Assembly (NCBI RefSeq): GCF_000143415.4
Contig: NW_003314269.1
Location: 1,495,544-1,559,543, forward strand
Length of the DNA: 64,000 nt
Source of the DNA: Selaginella moellendorffii
Lineage: Eukaryota > Plantae > Lycopodiophyta
Reading direction: 5' to 3'
Shown in pieces: positions 1 to 13,718 of the stretch. The translations under genes were made by a program, and so were the position numbers. The stretch's first letter is position 1, and each line of letters opens with the position of its first letter. The notes below the pieces were generated by a model. That model saw only the letters and a program-made list of their open reading frames with translations, searched no databases and had not been told where the DNA came from.

Positions 1-129
1 TTCTCAAGAACCCTAAGTTTTCATTTTTCGCGATTTTAGGGTTTTTGGAAAGACAATGTGGATTTGCCCCTGGGAGCCATCCTACCACTACGGTCGCATT
101 TGAGGCTCTAGGTTTGTGGGGAGTGGGAA

Positions 130-3100
130 ATGGAGACGCAGCAGCTCCTGGATGCCCTGACGGATCATATGGCCGTCTATCACTGCCGGAAGAGGCAGCT
201 AGAGCGGCAGCAATCTTCGTCTTCCGGTAAGAGTGATAGGCACAGGGTCGTGGAATGGCTCGCTCGATTGAGCGTTAAAGAGCGGCAGATTGCTTGCACG
301 ATCGTGGACGAAGCGTGGGTGGCCTTACTCCTCCAAATGCAGAAGGCTTTGGAGTCGGAGGGCCCCGGATTCTTCTTCGTGCTCCCGGATTTTCCTTCGG
401 CCGCCAAAGATCGGCAGCAAAATGCGAACTTGTCCAAAAGTTCTCCTCCACTTCCGGGGCTGTGCTTCCGGAAAGCCAGGGGTCTTCTTAAGAGACAGAG
501 CTCTAACGGGGAGCTTCTCGCTACGAGCTTGCGACTCTACAGCTCCCGCGTCGGGGAAGCTTGCAAGGATTTAGCTGAGAGTAGAAGGCTATCGTCGCTG
601 GATAGCGTGACGGTGAGCTACGAGCTTCTCGAGAATGTGGAGCGGCTGGTGGGAGTTATGGACGAGATCTCTTACGGGGAGTTTCTAGCGACGCAGTGTT
701 TGTCGGGTGGTTCTCCGTGGGAAGAAACTCCATGGCTCAAACGCGTGGGATACTACAGCCTGTCAGCCTTCGTCGCGAACAAGCTGGAGATCTCGCTATG
801 GTCGGCCTGGATCACTGCTCTTGGGACCAAGCAGCCATCCAAGTCGCTTTCCCGGTCCCTTGCGCGTTGTGCGTTTGAGACGACCACCACTTCTTCGAAA
901 GTTTGTACCAGGAGACAAGGATTTGAGCAGTGGTGGAGCACTCTTGACGCGAACGACAGGCGAAAAGCTTGCGATTTTGCGCTTGCCAAGCTCTCCACCG
1001 ACGAGGTAGGAATTTTCGTGTGGTTCTTATCATAACTTTGTAAGACGCCCAGGCGCTCATGGTCCAAGAGCAAAGAAGTTTGCGACTTCCGGATGGTGGT
1101 ACTGTATGCGACAAACAATTCGGAAGGCTCTGCTCAGGCATCCAGTTTTTAAACGACTTGAGATGGACTCTGAGCGAGCGAGTTGTTTACTCGTCTCTTC
1201 ACGAAGCTCACAGTCACTCGGAGTTGGCTCTTCAAGTTTTGAGAAACACACTGATGAAGGTGATGAAGGATTATATGGAGTACGATCTTCTTGACCATGG
1301 GAACAAAGGCGTTCCTAGGGAAAACTCAGTAGCCAAGAAGATTCAGGTCAAAGCTCGAAAGAGTAAAAGCAAGAAGCAGAAGAAAAACGTGACTGCTACT
1401 CACAGAAGCGATCCCGTTGAAGACGAGAGCGCACAGCCGGACAATATGGTACAGCACGATGGCTTTTCTGAAAGAAAATTTGATCGTGAAACTTCTACTG
1501 GCAGGATCGGATCGGAGAAACTGCAAAAGACATGGCCGCACTCCATGTCAGTGAACAGTGCCAAGACTCTGGCTGGGTTCCGGGAAAAAGGAAGAAGAGA
1601 AACAAGAAAGTCAAGCATGACGCTGCAGAAACATCAGGAAAACAGACGTGTATTCCTTCTGGAGCGAAGAACACGGAAAAAGCTCAAGGTGTGGAAAACT
1701 TCTTGAGCAAAGCTAGCAGTGAAGAGGAAAGCTCTACTATTGCTGCTACAGAAGGGGTGACGACAGTAGACATGGCAAAACAGGAGCTTGAGCCGACGAC
1801 GGAGCGTTCAAGCCAACACCAGAGTGTTCCTTTCCACCTGAAGAACAACCAGGCATATCATCCGCCACCGCCCGTCATGTCTTCCTCGCACGAGTGGCCT
1901 GGAGCACCACAAAGTCGCTTCTCAGATTCGTGCGGTCGACCACTAGCCACTGAGTGGCTACATTTGGACGTGAACAGAGACTGGCACCGCTCCAAGCCAC
2001 CTTTGATTGCTTATACTCCTCGGCAAAACGGACAAGTGGACTCCAGAGTGCAAAGAAGCCTTCTCTCGAAAGCGGCAAACGTTAGCTGGGACTGGCCACC
2101 GATGGTTCAACCGGGCTTTGGGATCGCATCGCCGTTCGGGTTTACAACACAAGTCAAAGACGAGCCTCCGGGCTTTGTTTCGGTTCCACTGGCTACGATT
2201 GTGACGACGGGTGATGGTGGCGACGGTGACCAAACAGCTGCGGATGATACTGACCGCGAGGATTTACATGGAGGTGGAGACTCCGACGATTATCTGTGCC
2301 GGACCTCCGAAGGCGAGGGTGATCCTAGACAACTCTACGACACGGACTATAACCAGTTTTTCGGCGGAGGAGTAATGTATTGGACTTCGGCAGATTACAC
2401 TGGCATGGGATACTCTCGGCCTGGATCTCTCAGCTCCGAAGACAGTAGCTGGGCTCGCCGTGAGGCTGACTTAACCATCGTCGTGGACGACATTGTTGGA
2501 CTTCCGCCGATAGCTGCCTCTTACTCGGGTTTAAGTTCCGGTCCGTCAACCGTGGCATGTACCTCGTCATCTTCCGGGTCGCTGGACCATTTTGCCGAAG
2601 CTCAGAGTAGTGCTGAGGCCGTGATGTTTCCGGAGCACATCCCGCCGCCAGCTCTTCCGCCTATTGCTGTGCGGGAGCCAAAGAATTCCAAGCTGGACAG
2701 CTCGAAGTGTCACGAGGCAAGAAGTCCTCACGAACCTCGCGGGCGCAGGGATTTTGTCCGGTGCAAGCGTTCTCCGTCGCCGGTTCTTCGCTGTGTTCCG
2801 CCGGCTCCACCGCCACCTCCGCCGTCTCCTATTGCTGGTGTGAGAAAACGGCGAGGATTTCCTACTGTTCGTTCGGGAAGCTCTAGTCCACGGCATTGGG
2901 GAGTTTTCAACTGGCCTGACAACCAGCTCAAGTCCTTAACTCCCGAGGGAATTCTGCCAGCGAACGGATGGAGGAGGTGCTTTCCTACGGCAGCAATGCA
3001 TCCGTTACTCCGGGAGAGACTTGTTGCGATTCCCCCTCGGGCCTTGGAGCAAGAACATGTAAGTCGGCAACAATTTCCATTTACTATCTGACTCTATTTG

Positions 3101-4735
3101 TCTTGCAGCCAGACGTCGCGTTTCCCATGCAAACGACTTTGCTGCACAAGCAATATCCAGCAATGCCCACTGTCTTGGCCAGGCTTCACAAAGAGATCGA
3201 GGCTTTTTCCTTACAGGTAGCGTTATCTATGCAAATGCCGATAGTTATATTTATGCAGTGCTATCCAACAGGTTGCGGCTGAGAATGCCAAGCGGAAGCC
3301 CTTCATTACTATTGCGGTGAAGAAAGTCACGCATGCGCTACAGGTTCTCTGGCCCCGGTCACGGACCAAGGTTTTTGGTTCAAATGCCACTGGCCTCGCT
3401 CTTCCCAACAGCGATGTTGATCTAGTCGTGTGCCTGCCTCCCGTGAGAAATCTCGTGAGTAGCACCACCTAAAGTTTTTATACACTGCTAACTCGTTGTT
3501 ATGGACTTCAGGAACCCATCAAGGAAGCCGGGATACTAGAAGGGCGTAACGGAATAAAAGAGACATGCTTGCAAGTGAGTGTCTATGTATTTTGCTAGAT
3601 GTGAACTCCAAACTGACACGACTTCACAGCATGCAGCTCGATATCTTGCTGACCAGGATTGGGTGAAGAGTGATTCCCTCAAGACGATCGAAAACACAAC
3701 AGTAAGCTTTATCTAGGACTATCCAACGTGATTGTTTTTCTCTTTCAGATACCGATAATCATGCTGGTGGCAAAGTGCTTTCCCGATAGTGTTCTTCCTA
3801 TTCAATATGCAAGTGACGGGGAGGCCACTGGACAACATTGGGGAACAAAGGAAGACCGTCATCTTGTTCGTCTTGACATCAGTTTTGAGTCAGCGTCGCA
3901 CTCTGGGCTGCTTACGGCTGAGCTTGTAAGTTTTTTCTTTTGCATTTGCAATCTATTCTAAATCTTGGGAGTTCCAGGTTAAAGAACTTGTCAGCCAGTT
4001 TCCTGCAATCAGTCCGCTGGCATTGGTACTGAAGCAGTTCTTGATGGACCGAGGCTTAGACCACCCGTATACAGGCGGCTTGAGTTCGTATTGTCTGGTA
4101 TAATCAAGCTAGTGAGTGGGCTGGTCTCTAATATATTATATGCAGGTGTTACTCATCACAAGATTTCTTCAACACCAAAACCATCTCGGACGACCTTCAC
4201 AAGCGCAGGTTTTCACAATCATGCACGACTGAAACATCTGAAATCTTTCTTGTTTCTTTTTCTTTGGCAGAGCTTGGGAAGCTTGCTTATGGATTTCCTG
4301 CATTTCTATGGGTAAGTGTGTTTTTGCAAGGCGTCCTTGCAAGTAGTGACCGTAGTTGACAGGTGTGTTTTTGATCCGCGAAGAATGTGCATCTCCATTC
4401 GAGGGGGTGGCATGTACGTGAATAGGGACCGACTTCATGGGTATGAAATGTTTTCTTTATGTGTTTTTCGATTGACAAGTTGTGTTTAAATGACAGAATT
4501 GATCCACTTCACATCGAAGATCCGCTGCATTCTATGAACAACGTCGGTCGCAATTGTTTCCGCATTTTGCAGTGCACAAAGGTCCGGTTTGTCCCTTCGT
4601 AAAATCTATCCGATCTTTTGACTGTTTTGGGTCCCACAGGCGTTTGCAGATGCTTATGTAACAATGGAGAAGGAGCTCGTCTCTAGCACAAGCAATTCAT
4701 CGCTGCTGTCGAGGATTTTGCTGAGCATCGTGTGA
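130..4735 (+). CDS. Multi-exon non-canonical poly(A) polymerase / nucleotidyltransferase (MEE44/At4g00060-like)
   Basis: Pol-beta motif FGSNATGLALPNSDVDLVV (~3370-3430); EPIKEAGILEGRNGIKETCLQ; RLDISF; YTGGLSSYCL; PAP-associated IDPLHIEDPLHSMNNVGRNCFR; GT-AG introns; stop TGA 4733-4735. Confidence 0.85.
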
Positions 4736-5671
4736 CCCATACGTCGTGTACATTAGTCACTGGCGCTTGTGAACTACACGGTACATATTTTCTCGAAAGG
4801 TAGTCCAATCTTTTACGTGGTTTTCTTGCTGACAGTGTGTATGGACTAGGCTTATGTATTTGTGAGTACTTTTGGAACGTCAGGATTCTTTGCAAGACGT
4901 AAGAACATCAAGAAGCTCAGCGTAAGTTGCTGACCACAAGAACTATTGTAACTTTGTTATGAGACTTTTTCCCTGCAGCCTTCCGCGTGCAGTACTGCGA
5001 GAGATCTACATAACGCGTAAGTAGGCTGAGCTTCGATGGGAGATTTCTTTTTTCACATGGTTTGCAAATCATCTCATGGACTGCCATAGCCGTGTCTCGA
5101 GCCAGTGCCGAAAGCCGCTCAAGGCAGCCATCATTTGGTTTGGATGCGATGGACAAAGGCTTGGGGTGTTGATGACTTCTTCGCAAACCTGGTGACTTAC
5201 TCTTGCGAGAGAGGACTCGTCAGGTATTGTCCTGTGGTTATTACTAGTTTATCCTTTACCAGCGTGCTTTCAGGGAACTCGTGACGAGATGTATGATATG
5301 CCTAGACAGAGGTAACATTGAGAGAAAGAAAGAGTAAAGAAGTAAAAACACAGAATTCGTTTTCGGGAGAAAGAACTTATATTTCACGAGATCGATGTTG
5401 TGAAGTTCGAAGATAGATCCTTTCTTTTTGTGACATAATATTCTGGATTGCAAAGCACAAAGAACTGTGTATATACTTCTTTGTATAGATCTCTTGGCTT
5501 TTACAGAAGATACGAAGACGCTCTTTTCTTAGCGCGCTAAACTGCGCTGGAAACATCAAATTCGTTCCGTCATCGAGCGGCTTTAACCTTCTTGTGATGC
5601 AATTGTTGGTTTTTAAGACCTGCGAGAGCATGGAAAAAACTTGAGTGGTAAAAGAATCTATAAACTTGAAC

Positions 5672-6110
5672 TCATGCATGGAAGTCGATGTCGATCACTC
5701 CAGCATCTGGATTTGCGAGCTTCTCAAATGCTTCCTTGGATAGATCAAAGGCTCCAGGACAGCCGGGACACAAATCCACCACCACCACTCGGATGCTTTT
5801 GTGGCCTTTGCAAGAGCTCCCTACGCAACGTATGGTGAAGTGCTTCCCACAAGCCCTTTTGGCCTGGAAGATGCTGGGAGCTGCCGCCACGAAGAGGAAA
5901 TCCGAGGGAAGAGGAGCTAATCCATGGCATGAAGAAGCTTTCACATTACAAGCATCAAATATTGTGTGATTAGAGTTGAGTTCTCTATCAAGGCTAAAAC
6001 TCACGATAATAGGCGTCATAGAATGTGGCCGTGCTATGGATTTGTAAGCTGGGAACTGCGAGAAGCAATGCCACAAGTACGGGAATCCATACCTTTGATT
6101 GCCTTGCCAT
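5672..6110 (-). CDS. EG45-like / plant natriuretic peptide-like secreted DPBB protein (2 exons: 6110-6005, 5937-5672)
   Basis: Manual splice gives signal peptide MARQSKVWIPVLVALLLAVPSLQ, then STATFYDAYYPSSCHG...ACGKHFTIRC...VVVVDLCPGCPGAFDLSKEAFEKLANPDAGVIDIDF. Confidence 0.85.
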
Positions 6111-6868
6111 TGTAAGAAAAGAAAAGAACGAAAATAAAGAAAATGTAAGATTTTTTCTACGTTAAATTATGGTATGCTTGTGGATATGTTGAGCGCTGTT
6201 TTTATAGCCAGATTGCAAAGCGATCACGCCAATTACAAAGACAAAAGGTGTAGCTGTGGACATTTCCTGGATGTATGGGAAAGGGCTAAATCATGTTGGC
6301 CTCATTCAATTTGTTTCAAATAGAAATTTTGGTTCCTCAATCAAACAAAACCAATGATTTTTTAAAAAAAAATCTTAATAGCTGTACTGCTGGAGCTTAT
6401 AGTATATAGAGTACAGTCCGTTAAGCTCTATACAACAAATGAAGGCTGTTTTAGTGTTGTTTGTAGTGTTTGCCTTTGCCACTCTCTATCTTTGCTTTTG
6501 TCTTGGATAATGGTATTTCAGTGAACCTCAGTCACCTAAAAATTATCTTCACAACAACTTTCTATCAAAAGCTACCGAGCGAAGCTTGTCACCTCCATAA
6601 AATTGGAGTTTTGTCAAAAGCCATTGCTGCTGTTGAACCAATACTGAAATACTAGCGCAATAAAAATAACAAGCATGAAAACATAAGCGATTGTGGCTAG
6701 CCCACAAAACCTATGGCAACACAAATCAATCCATGGCTGCTCAGATTTATAGATTATGAGTAACGAAGGATTATATCGACCTGTTAGGATATATCACTCG
6801 CCTGAGATATGTTTATATTGGGACGACCACATAAAATGGAAAGCAAGTGATTTAGGGTTTAAGGAAGA

Positions 6869-8490
6869 ATGCTGGCGAGAATCGCTTGCAGCGGGCCAAG
6901 CATCCCAATGTCGATGGCGCCGGCCACACCAGCGGCGGGATGCGGTTTCATCCGGAAGCACTTGCTGGATTTGGCGCCTTACAAGCCGATCGAGCCGTTC
7001 GAGGTATGATTCTTCCTCTTGCGTCCCGAATTCTCCTCTCCTGTGAATGTAGGTGCTGTCTGCCAAGCTTGGAAGGTCTCCAAAAGAGATCGTGAAGCTG
7101 GATGCCAACGAGAACCTCTACGGGCCTCCACCAGAAGTATGTAGATTGAGAGCCTTAGAATTTTTTCCCCTTCTTCTTTTTCTAGTCCTTGTTTGTTTGA
7201 CACAGGTGATGGAATCCTTGGGAGGAATGGACTTTCCAAACATTTATCCAGATCCAGAGAGCAGGCGGCTTCGAGCAGCTCTTTCAGAAGACTCGGGACT
7301 GTCTATGGATTACATTCTTGCTGGCTGCGGTGCCGACGAGCTCATCGATTTGATCATGCGGTAAGTGAACGACTCCTAGCGTGCTTTTTTTTTTCTTTTG
7401 CTCTTCACGAGATGGTTCTTCATCTCTTTAGTTGTACATTGGAAGTTGGTGACAAGATTGTGGATTGTCCTCCCACTTTCACAATGTATGCGTTTGATGC
7501 CGCTGTCAACGGAGCAAGCGTCATCAAAGGTCTTGTTTGCGATTCAAGTTCCTTTAGTCTGTTCTTTGCTAAAGCTTCTATAGTTCCGAGGTTTCATGAC
7601 TTCCGCATCGATGTTCCTGGTATCGTGCAGGCAGTGAAGGAGCACTCTCCAAAGCTGATCTTTTTGACATCGCCAAACAATCCAGACGGGAGGTAAGTAA
7701 GAAAATCCTGTATGTCAAGTACATGTTTTGGCTCTATTTTTTCTTCAGTTTAATAACCGATGAGGATCTCATGGCCGTTCTTGCTCTACCACTTCTCGTT
7801 GTTCTGGATGAAGCATATATTGAATTTGCAGACCAACCTTCCCGGATGAAATGGGTTCAGGACTACGACAACCTCATCATTCTTCGGACTTTTAGCAAGC
7901 GTGCCGGTAAGTAACCCGGAAATAAAATCTTCCGACAAAGTGTTTGTGGTTTTTCAGGACTGGCTGGATTGCGCGTTGGATATGGTGCCTTTCCATTGAA
8001 TCTCATCCAGTACTTATGGAGAGCAAAACAACCGTATAACGTGTCCGCCGCGGCAGAAGTAGCTGCCTGTGCTGCTCTAAAAAATTCCTCTTACCTCGAG
8101 GTATGATCTCCATGCTCTAGTTTTATCTGTTTTTACGATTCTCAAGCTTCTTTACTCCAGGAGGTGAAGAGATCTCTGATACAGGAGAGAGACAGGCTGT
8201 TTGAGCTCCTCCAGACAGTGCAATACTTGTCACCATATCCAAGCTGCTCCAATTTTATTCTTTGTTCCGTCTCTGGCAACCGCAGCGCCAAGGAGCTCAA
8301 GGTAGACAGTATTTTCAAAGTGAAAAAGAAAGCATTTGGCTCAGTATTGTAAGTGCAGGATGGATTAGCAAAAATGGGAGTGATGGTTCGCCATTATGAT
8401 AACGCGGAGCTCAGGAACTACATCCGAATCTCGGTTGGAAAGCCAGAGCACACGGACGTTCTCATGAATGCTCTGAAAGCATTTGCTTAA
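6869..8490 (+). CDS. HISN6: Histidinol-phosphate aminotransferase, plastid
   Basis: [51 protein letters not shown]-lysine [16 protein letters not shown]; stop TAA 8488-8490. Confidence 0.93.
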
Positions 8491-9642
8491 TATTTTTGTG
8501 ACCTCCAAAACACTCATATCATGGAGTGTAAGAGGTTAATGTTCTCTTGATTTTTGTTAAATTTATAGACTTTTAATTACATTGGCTAGCCAAGGAGCAA
8601 AAGAGTGTCGATTTTGCTCGGTCTTTTGAAGAATAATTTTTTAGCAGTAATGATTAATTTATAATATAAATAAAAATTACTAAAATGGATTTTTAAAAAG
8701 TATACTTTTATGTAATTTATATTTTGTGTCCGTTTTGATTTGTATATTATGGCTATTATGAATTTTTTAATTGTGTTATACAAGCTTCTGGTAAAGAAAA
8801 TGATAGAGCAAAAAACTGAATTCCCTAATCTACAAAACAACCGTATAATTGTCAAATTCTTGCTAGAAATCCAGCGCTTCTAGCATTACAATGACTGGAT
8901 AAGTTGACCACTGACATAAGGCACCCCAACTAGAATCCAATAAGGTAACTCCAGGGAACCAAACACAGCTTGTTTGTTGGACTCTTCCTGCTGGCCATGC
9001 AATTTGCACGTTGGATTTTGGTGAAGCCTCCCTTGATGACAAACTTCTTGGACAATTATGCATTGTATTGTACTGTGTTGTATCATGTTGAGACCCAAAA
9101 CTTTCTCCATAGCCAGGGCCTCAACAATCCCCTCGAATACATATAATTTTGAAAATCATGAATTGAGACAAAAAACATTTCAGTTTCAAGCATGGAGCCA
9201 ACCTATAGACGATCTAAGGCCTTCTACATCCCTTATTACACTGGGCTAGACGTTTCTACAACTGAGCTTGCAAGGAGGGCAACTGAGGCATGTTGGCAAA
9301 GTGGAATGATTGTTAGGGAATGCAAGCTCTAGGATCACGTGTTGCTGGCAACAAAGTTAGGATTGGCATAACGCTAGGGTGGAGGAGTGGAATGATCACT
9401 GTTCCTCATCACCAGCAACATGGAATCCCACAAATATAAAGTACTGTGGTGGTTGTTATGCTTTTGTTTACACTTACATTTTTTTTTGTATTAGTATAAA
9501 AGAAAATCAGTTAGATTATTAGAGAATGTCTAGAATATACTTAAGTATATGCTTTATACCCTTCCTCTTGAGAGATAGAGTCCTGGCTCTAGGACCTACA
9601 GAACTGAGGGAATATTCCATTTGCCGCCATGTGAGTATTAGG

Positions 9643-10154
9643 GTCACGACCATTGGGGGGAAGTCCACTAAGGGGAAAACAGTCAATCATAGGAAGTGAA
9701 GTGAGAATAAAGGATGCCTCGACGAAGAGTTCCTCAGCGAAGCGCCCTTGATCGTGTGAATGAGCGCCTTCGGATACAAAGGGAAGAAAGAGAGCATCGT
9801 CAAGCCACCATGAGCATTTCCTGTCCTCACTGTGGGTTTACCTTAGGACAAACACCTAGTTCTTTGGGGTGTCTTCAGGACCATTAGAGCTTCTCCTCAT
9901 AAGAATTTAGAGTGCAATAGCTCACTTATTTCATTTTTTTCTTTTGAATTTGTAGAGTTTTCTTGCAAAACAAGCAAGATTGAGGGTTCTAGCAGCAAGG
10001 GATCCCTAGGATGGATAAGAGTTCATGCTAGTACGAATTTGGAGTGCAAGCTCACAGATCTAGAGTTCTTACTCATAAGTGTGAGTGGTTAGATCTAAAG
10101 AGATTATAATGGCGATCAAGAGAGAAGCTTTTGATATGAATATACTCTCGTGAC
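9643..10154. mobile_element. Possible solo/truncated LTR
   Basis: Inverted ends GTCACGA (9643) and TCGTGAC (10148-10154), followed by TGGTAT (start of an iMet PBS); terminal T/A and TSD not recognisable. Confidence 0.25.
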
Positions 10155-10285
10155 TGGTATATTGATTATAAATAATAATGTTTAAAATTTACTTATATTA
10201 TTAATTTAGTAGCACAATAAATACTTAAAGTAAATAGCAAATTTTAATACTAGTAGACATTTGCCCTAGCAAACGCGAAGAAGCA

Positions 10286-11932
10286 ATGTCTAGCAATCAA
10301 GAGCAGCATCGAGCTCGCGACATTCTTGTGAGGTATTGCAAGAGGCTGCCCAAGATTGAGCTCCACGCGCATCCCAATGGCAGCATCAGGGATTCCACAC
10401 TACTGTGAGATTTCTCTTTTGTTTTGGGACGAAATGTGTAACTCCGGTGTGTAGGGAGCTGGCTCAAGAGCATGACCAGCGTGGAACCATCTCTTCTTAT
10501 CCAAATGTCCGGGAAATCATACTCAAAGGTTTCCAGACTCTTTTCTCTTTTTTTTTTGGGCTCATTTCTTTGGTGCCTGTTGCAGAAGACCGATCACTAC
10601 AAGAATGCTTCAAGCTTTTCGACGTTATTCACGTTCTTACCACGGACCATTCATTTATCACGCGAATCACGAAAGAGGTCCGTAAGATCTTTTCCTCTTT
10701 CTTTTTTCTTTCGTTGTTTAAGCGGAAAGAGAAACTAAAGCTATGAAACGCAGGTGATAGAGGATTTTGCTGCCGAGAACGTTGTTTACCTGGAGCTGCG
10801 TACGACACCAAAGGTTTGTGACGCTCTGTGATAACTTCTTTTCAACTTTAGCTTTTAATTCAGTCAAGCTTGCAGAGCAACGTGTTGACAGGGATGACAA
10901 AACGCTCCTACGTCGAAGCCGTTCTTGCGGGAATCACCAAAGCCAATCTGGTTCTTTGTGAAAACCATCAACTTCATGCTCATGGAATTCAAGTACGGCT
11001 TCTATTAAGCATCGATCGTCGAGAGACCACGGACCAGGCCATTGAAACTGTAAGCTGTTAACTAAGTAAGCTGTCTCCTTTTTCTTTCCTTTCATTTTAT
11101 TCACGTCTTAGCTGTAGGTGAAGCTTGCGCTGGAAATGAAAAGCCACGGGGTTGTCGGCATAGATCTTTCTGGGAATCCTGTCACTGGAAACTGGTATAG
11201 ATTTAGTTTCTCAAGTCTTAGCTCACTTGTTATTACCTTGTAGGAAGACGTTCTTGCCTGCATTGACATATGCTAGGCAGTGCGGCCTCCCAGTTACGTT
11301 GCATTGCGGAGAGGTACCCGTTGTTCTAAGGTCTATGTTATAATTCTCATCGGTATCAACACTGCAGGTGCACAATCCAGATGAGGTAGAAGAAATGCTG
11401 GCCTTTCATCCTGACAGACTAGGACATGCATGTGTCCTTCAAGAATCTCAATGGGAACGGCTGCACAATCTGCGAATTCCGGTCTCCTTCATCTTTATTT
11501 TTTTTGTTGAGCATTTAAAGTTTTTATATTTTGCAGGTAGAAGTCTGTTTCACTTCAAACCTTCGTACCGGGTGCGTGAAATCCATCTGTGACCACCATT
11601 TCGGTTTGTTATGTCCGCCCCATTTAAATTTTCTCATGTGATCTTTTCTATCAGCATGGCTTTACAAAACTCACTACCCTTTGGTCATCTGCACTGACGA
11701 TCGAGGGGTATTTTCCACCAACCTCTCCTCTGAGTACGCCATTGCAGCAACCAGCTTCGGTAACTACTCGTCAGATGTATGTCAATAATGTTTCACTAAC
11801 AATTCTCCAGATCTATCGGAACACGATTTATTCGAGCTGGCAAAGAATGCCACGAGATTTATCTTTGCTGAGGAGCCTCTAAAGCGGCACTTGGATCGGA
11901 TTTTTGCCGGTGTGGAGCCGAACTATCGTTAG
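10286..11932 (+). CDS. MAPDA: Adenosine deaminase-like protein / N6-mAMP deaminase
   Basis: LPKIELHAHxNGSIRDSTL, VVYLELRTTPK, LLSIDRRE, GIDLSGNP, TLHCGE, DRLGHA, EVCFTSN, ICTDDRGVFST. Confidence 0.88.
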
Positions 11933-12136
11933 AAACACCCAATTTCTGTGAGCGACAAACTCTTTGGTACGCTTTTGATTCTCTACCTGACGCAGATAGT
12001 AATTCTCAACAGGTGTCCAAATGCTAGATTGTGCATGCATGCACGGAGAGGATTATATATCAACCAGGGATTGTCAGATCACGCGGGAGGGTGTCGAAGC
12101 TATCGATCTTTTTTGTAGTTTCATCCGTAGGTAGGG

Positions 12137-13447
12137 ATGGATTTGGTGCAGTTTTTTCTTAACCTGGTGGTTCCACCGACGGGACTCTTCTTCCTAGCGC
12201 TCGCATGGCCTCCTCTGACTTTTATGAATGCTTGCCACTGGTTTCTAAGCTTCGTTTTCAGAGAGAATGTCCGAGGTAAGGTTGTGGTTGTCACGGGAGC
12301 AACATCGGGAATTGGGGAGGTAAGCAGCTTCTTTTCTATGGTTTTAATTCACTGCTGGAGTTTTGCAGAAACTAAGCTATGAGTATGCCTCCCATGGAGC
12401 TAAGCTGATATTGGTCGGAAATCAAGAGGGCTTGCTTAGAGATGTGGCTGGTAAATGTCAGAGGATCGGTGCTATGGATGTTCGAATCGTGACTGCTGAT
12501 CTCGGGCACGAGGAAGAATGCAAGCGGTTTGTTGAAGAGACAGTTCATCAGTTTGGACGCTGTAAGTTTTGTAGTATCGGGAACTTCCTATTTTGCTCTG
12601 AATTTTCTTTCTGTAGTGGATCATCTAGTAAACAACGCTGGGATCATGCACAGCTATCTGTTCGAGGAGGCTGTTGATGTGTCCAGCTTTCAGTCGATAA
12701 TGGTAAAGTATGGATTTCGCTTTTAAGTCACTTAATGCTGTTGGTTTAGGATGTCACATTTTGGGGATCAGTTTATCCTACTTACTACGCTCTCCCTCAC
12801 CTCAAACGCTCGGGAGGTAAAGTTGTGGTGAATTCTTCGGTATCAGCTTGGTTACCAATGCCACGCCTGGCCATCTACAATGTAAGCTTTGCTTTCCAAC
12901 TTATATATTATTTAGATGCTTAACAAATAACTCCAGGCCGCCGAAGCTGCGCTGCTGAATCTGTTTGACACGCTGCGTGTCGAGGTTGGAAACAGCGTTG
13001 GTATCACAATAGCAACCCCGGGATGGGTCGAGAGCGAGATCACTCGAGGCAAGTTTGTCTCTGCCGAAGGCGAGCACGTAACAATGCCTGACCTGAGAGA
13101 CGTAAGTGAACCAAACTGGAGTTCTGACTTAGTTCCACATCTACAACTTCCTTTCCTCGCAGGTCACCGTGGGACCTGTTCCAGTCACTTATGCCGAAGA
13201 GTGTGCCAAGGCAATCTTCTCGGGGACAGTCCGTGGCGCTCGCTACGTCCGTGTGCCTTCCTGGTATGGAGTGACGCTGCTCTACAGAATCTTTGCTCCT
13301 GAGCTCATCGAGTGGACGTATCGATTGCTCTTCGTGTCTCCGGCTCCTGGCACTCAAGTTCCTGCTGCCAAGCTGATCATGGACGTTCCCGGCGCGAAAG
13401 AGATCTTGTATCCTTCGTCAATTGTTCATCCCCAAAAAACCGAGTAA
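12137..13447 (+). CDS. HSD: Steroleosin / 11-beta-hydroxysteroid dehydrogenase-like SDR
   Basis: Hydrophobic N-terminal anchor with proline knob (VVPPTGLFFLALAWPP), TGATSGIG, VNNAGI, LFDTLRVE, TPGWVESEIT; catalytic residues atypical (see findings). Confidence 0.88.
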
Positions 13448-13718
13448 TTTGCTTTGTGTGTTTGGAATATTCTGAAAGAAATTGTCAATATTTGGTTTCT
13501 ATTTCTAAATATTAAACTGCTAGACCCTTTAGGTTTGACGAAAAGGATTATCAGCGATGGAGAGCGTGGACAAGAAGACCAAAGCTCATAGCGTGGCAGC
13601 GATGGAGAGCGCCAAAGGTAACAGCGACGCGATCAAGAAGAGAAAGAACACGAAAAGGCAGTGAGAGGAGGAGGGACAAGCGGCCAGGGCCCCAAAGAGA
13701 AAGCGCCGCCAGGAAGTA

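Noticed and set aside
4917-5450. Possible small spliced gene on the minus strand
   Set aside because: Splice-like signals are present but I could not build a coherent ORF or recognise a family
10373-10375. C-to-U editing correcting the ADAL Pro codon
   Set aside because: PPR-mediated editing is organellar, and this is an intron-containing nuclear gene
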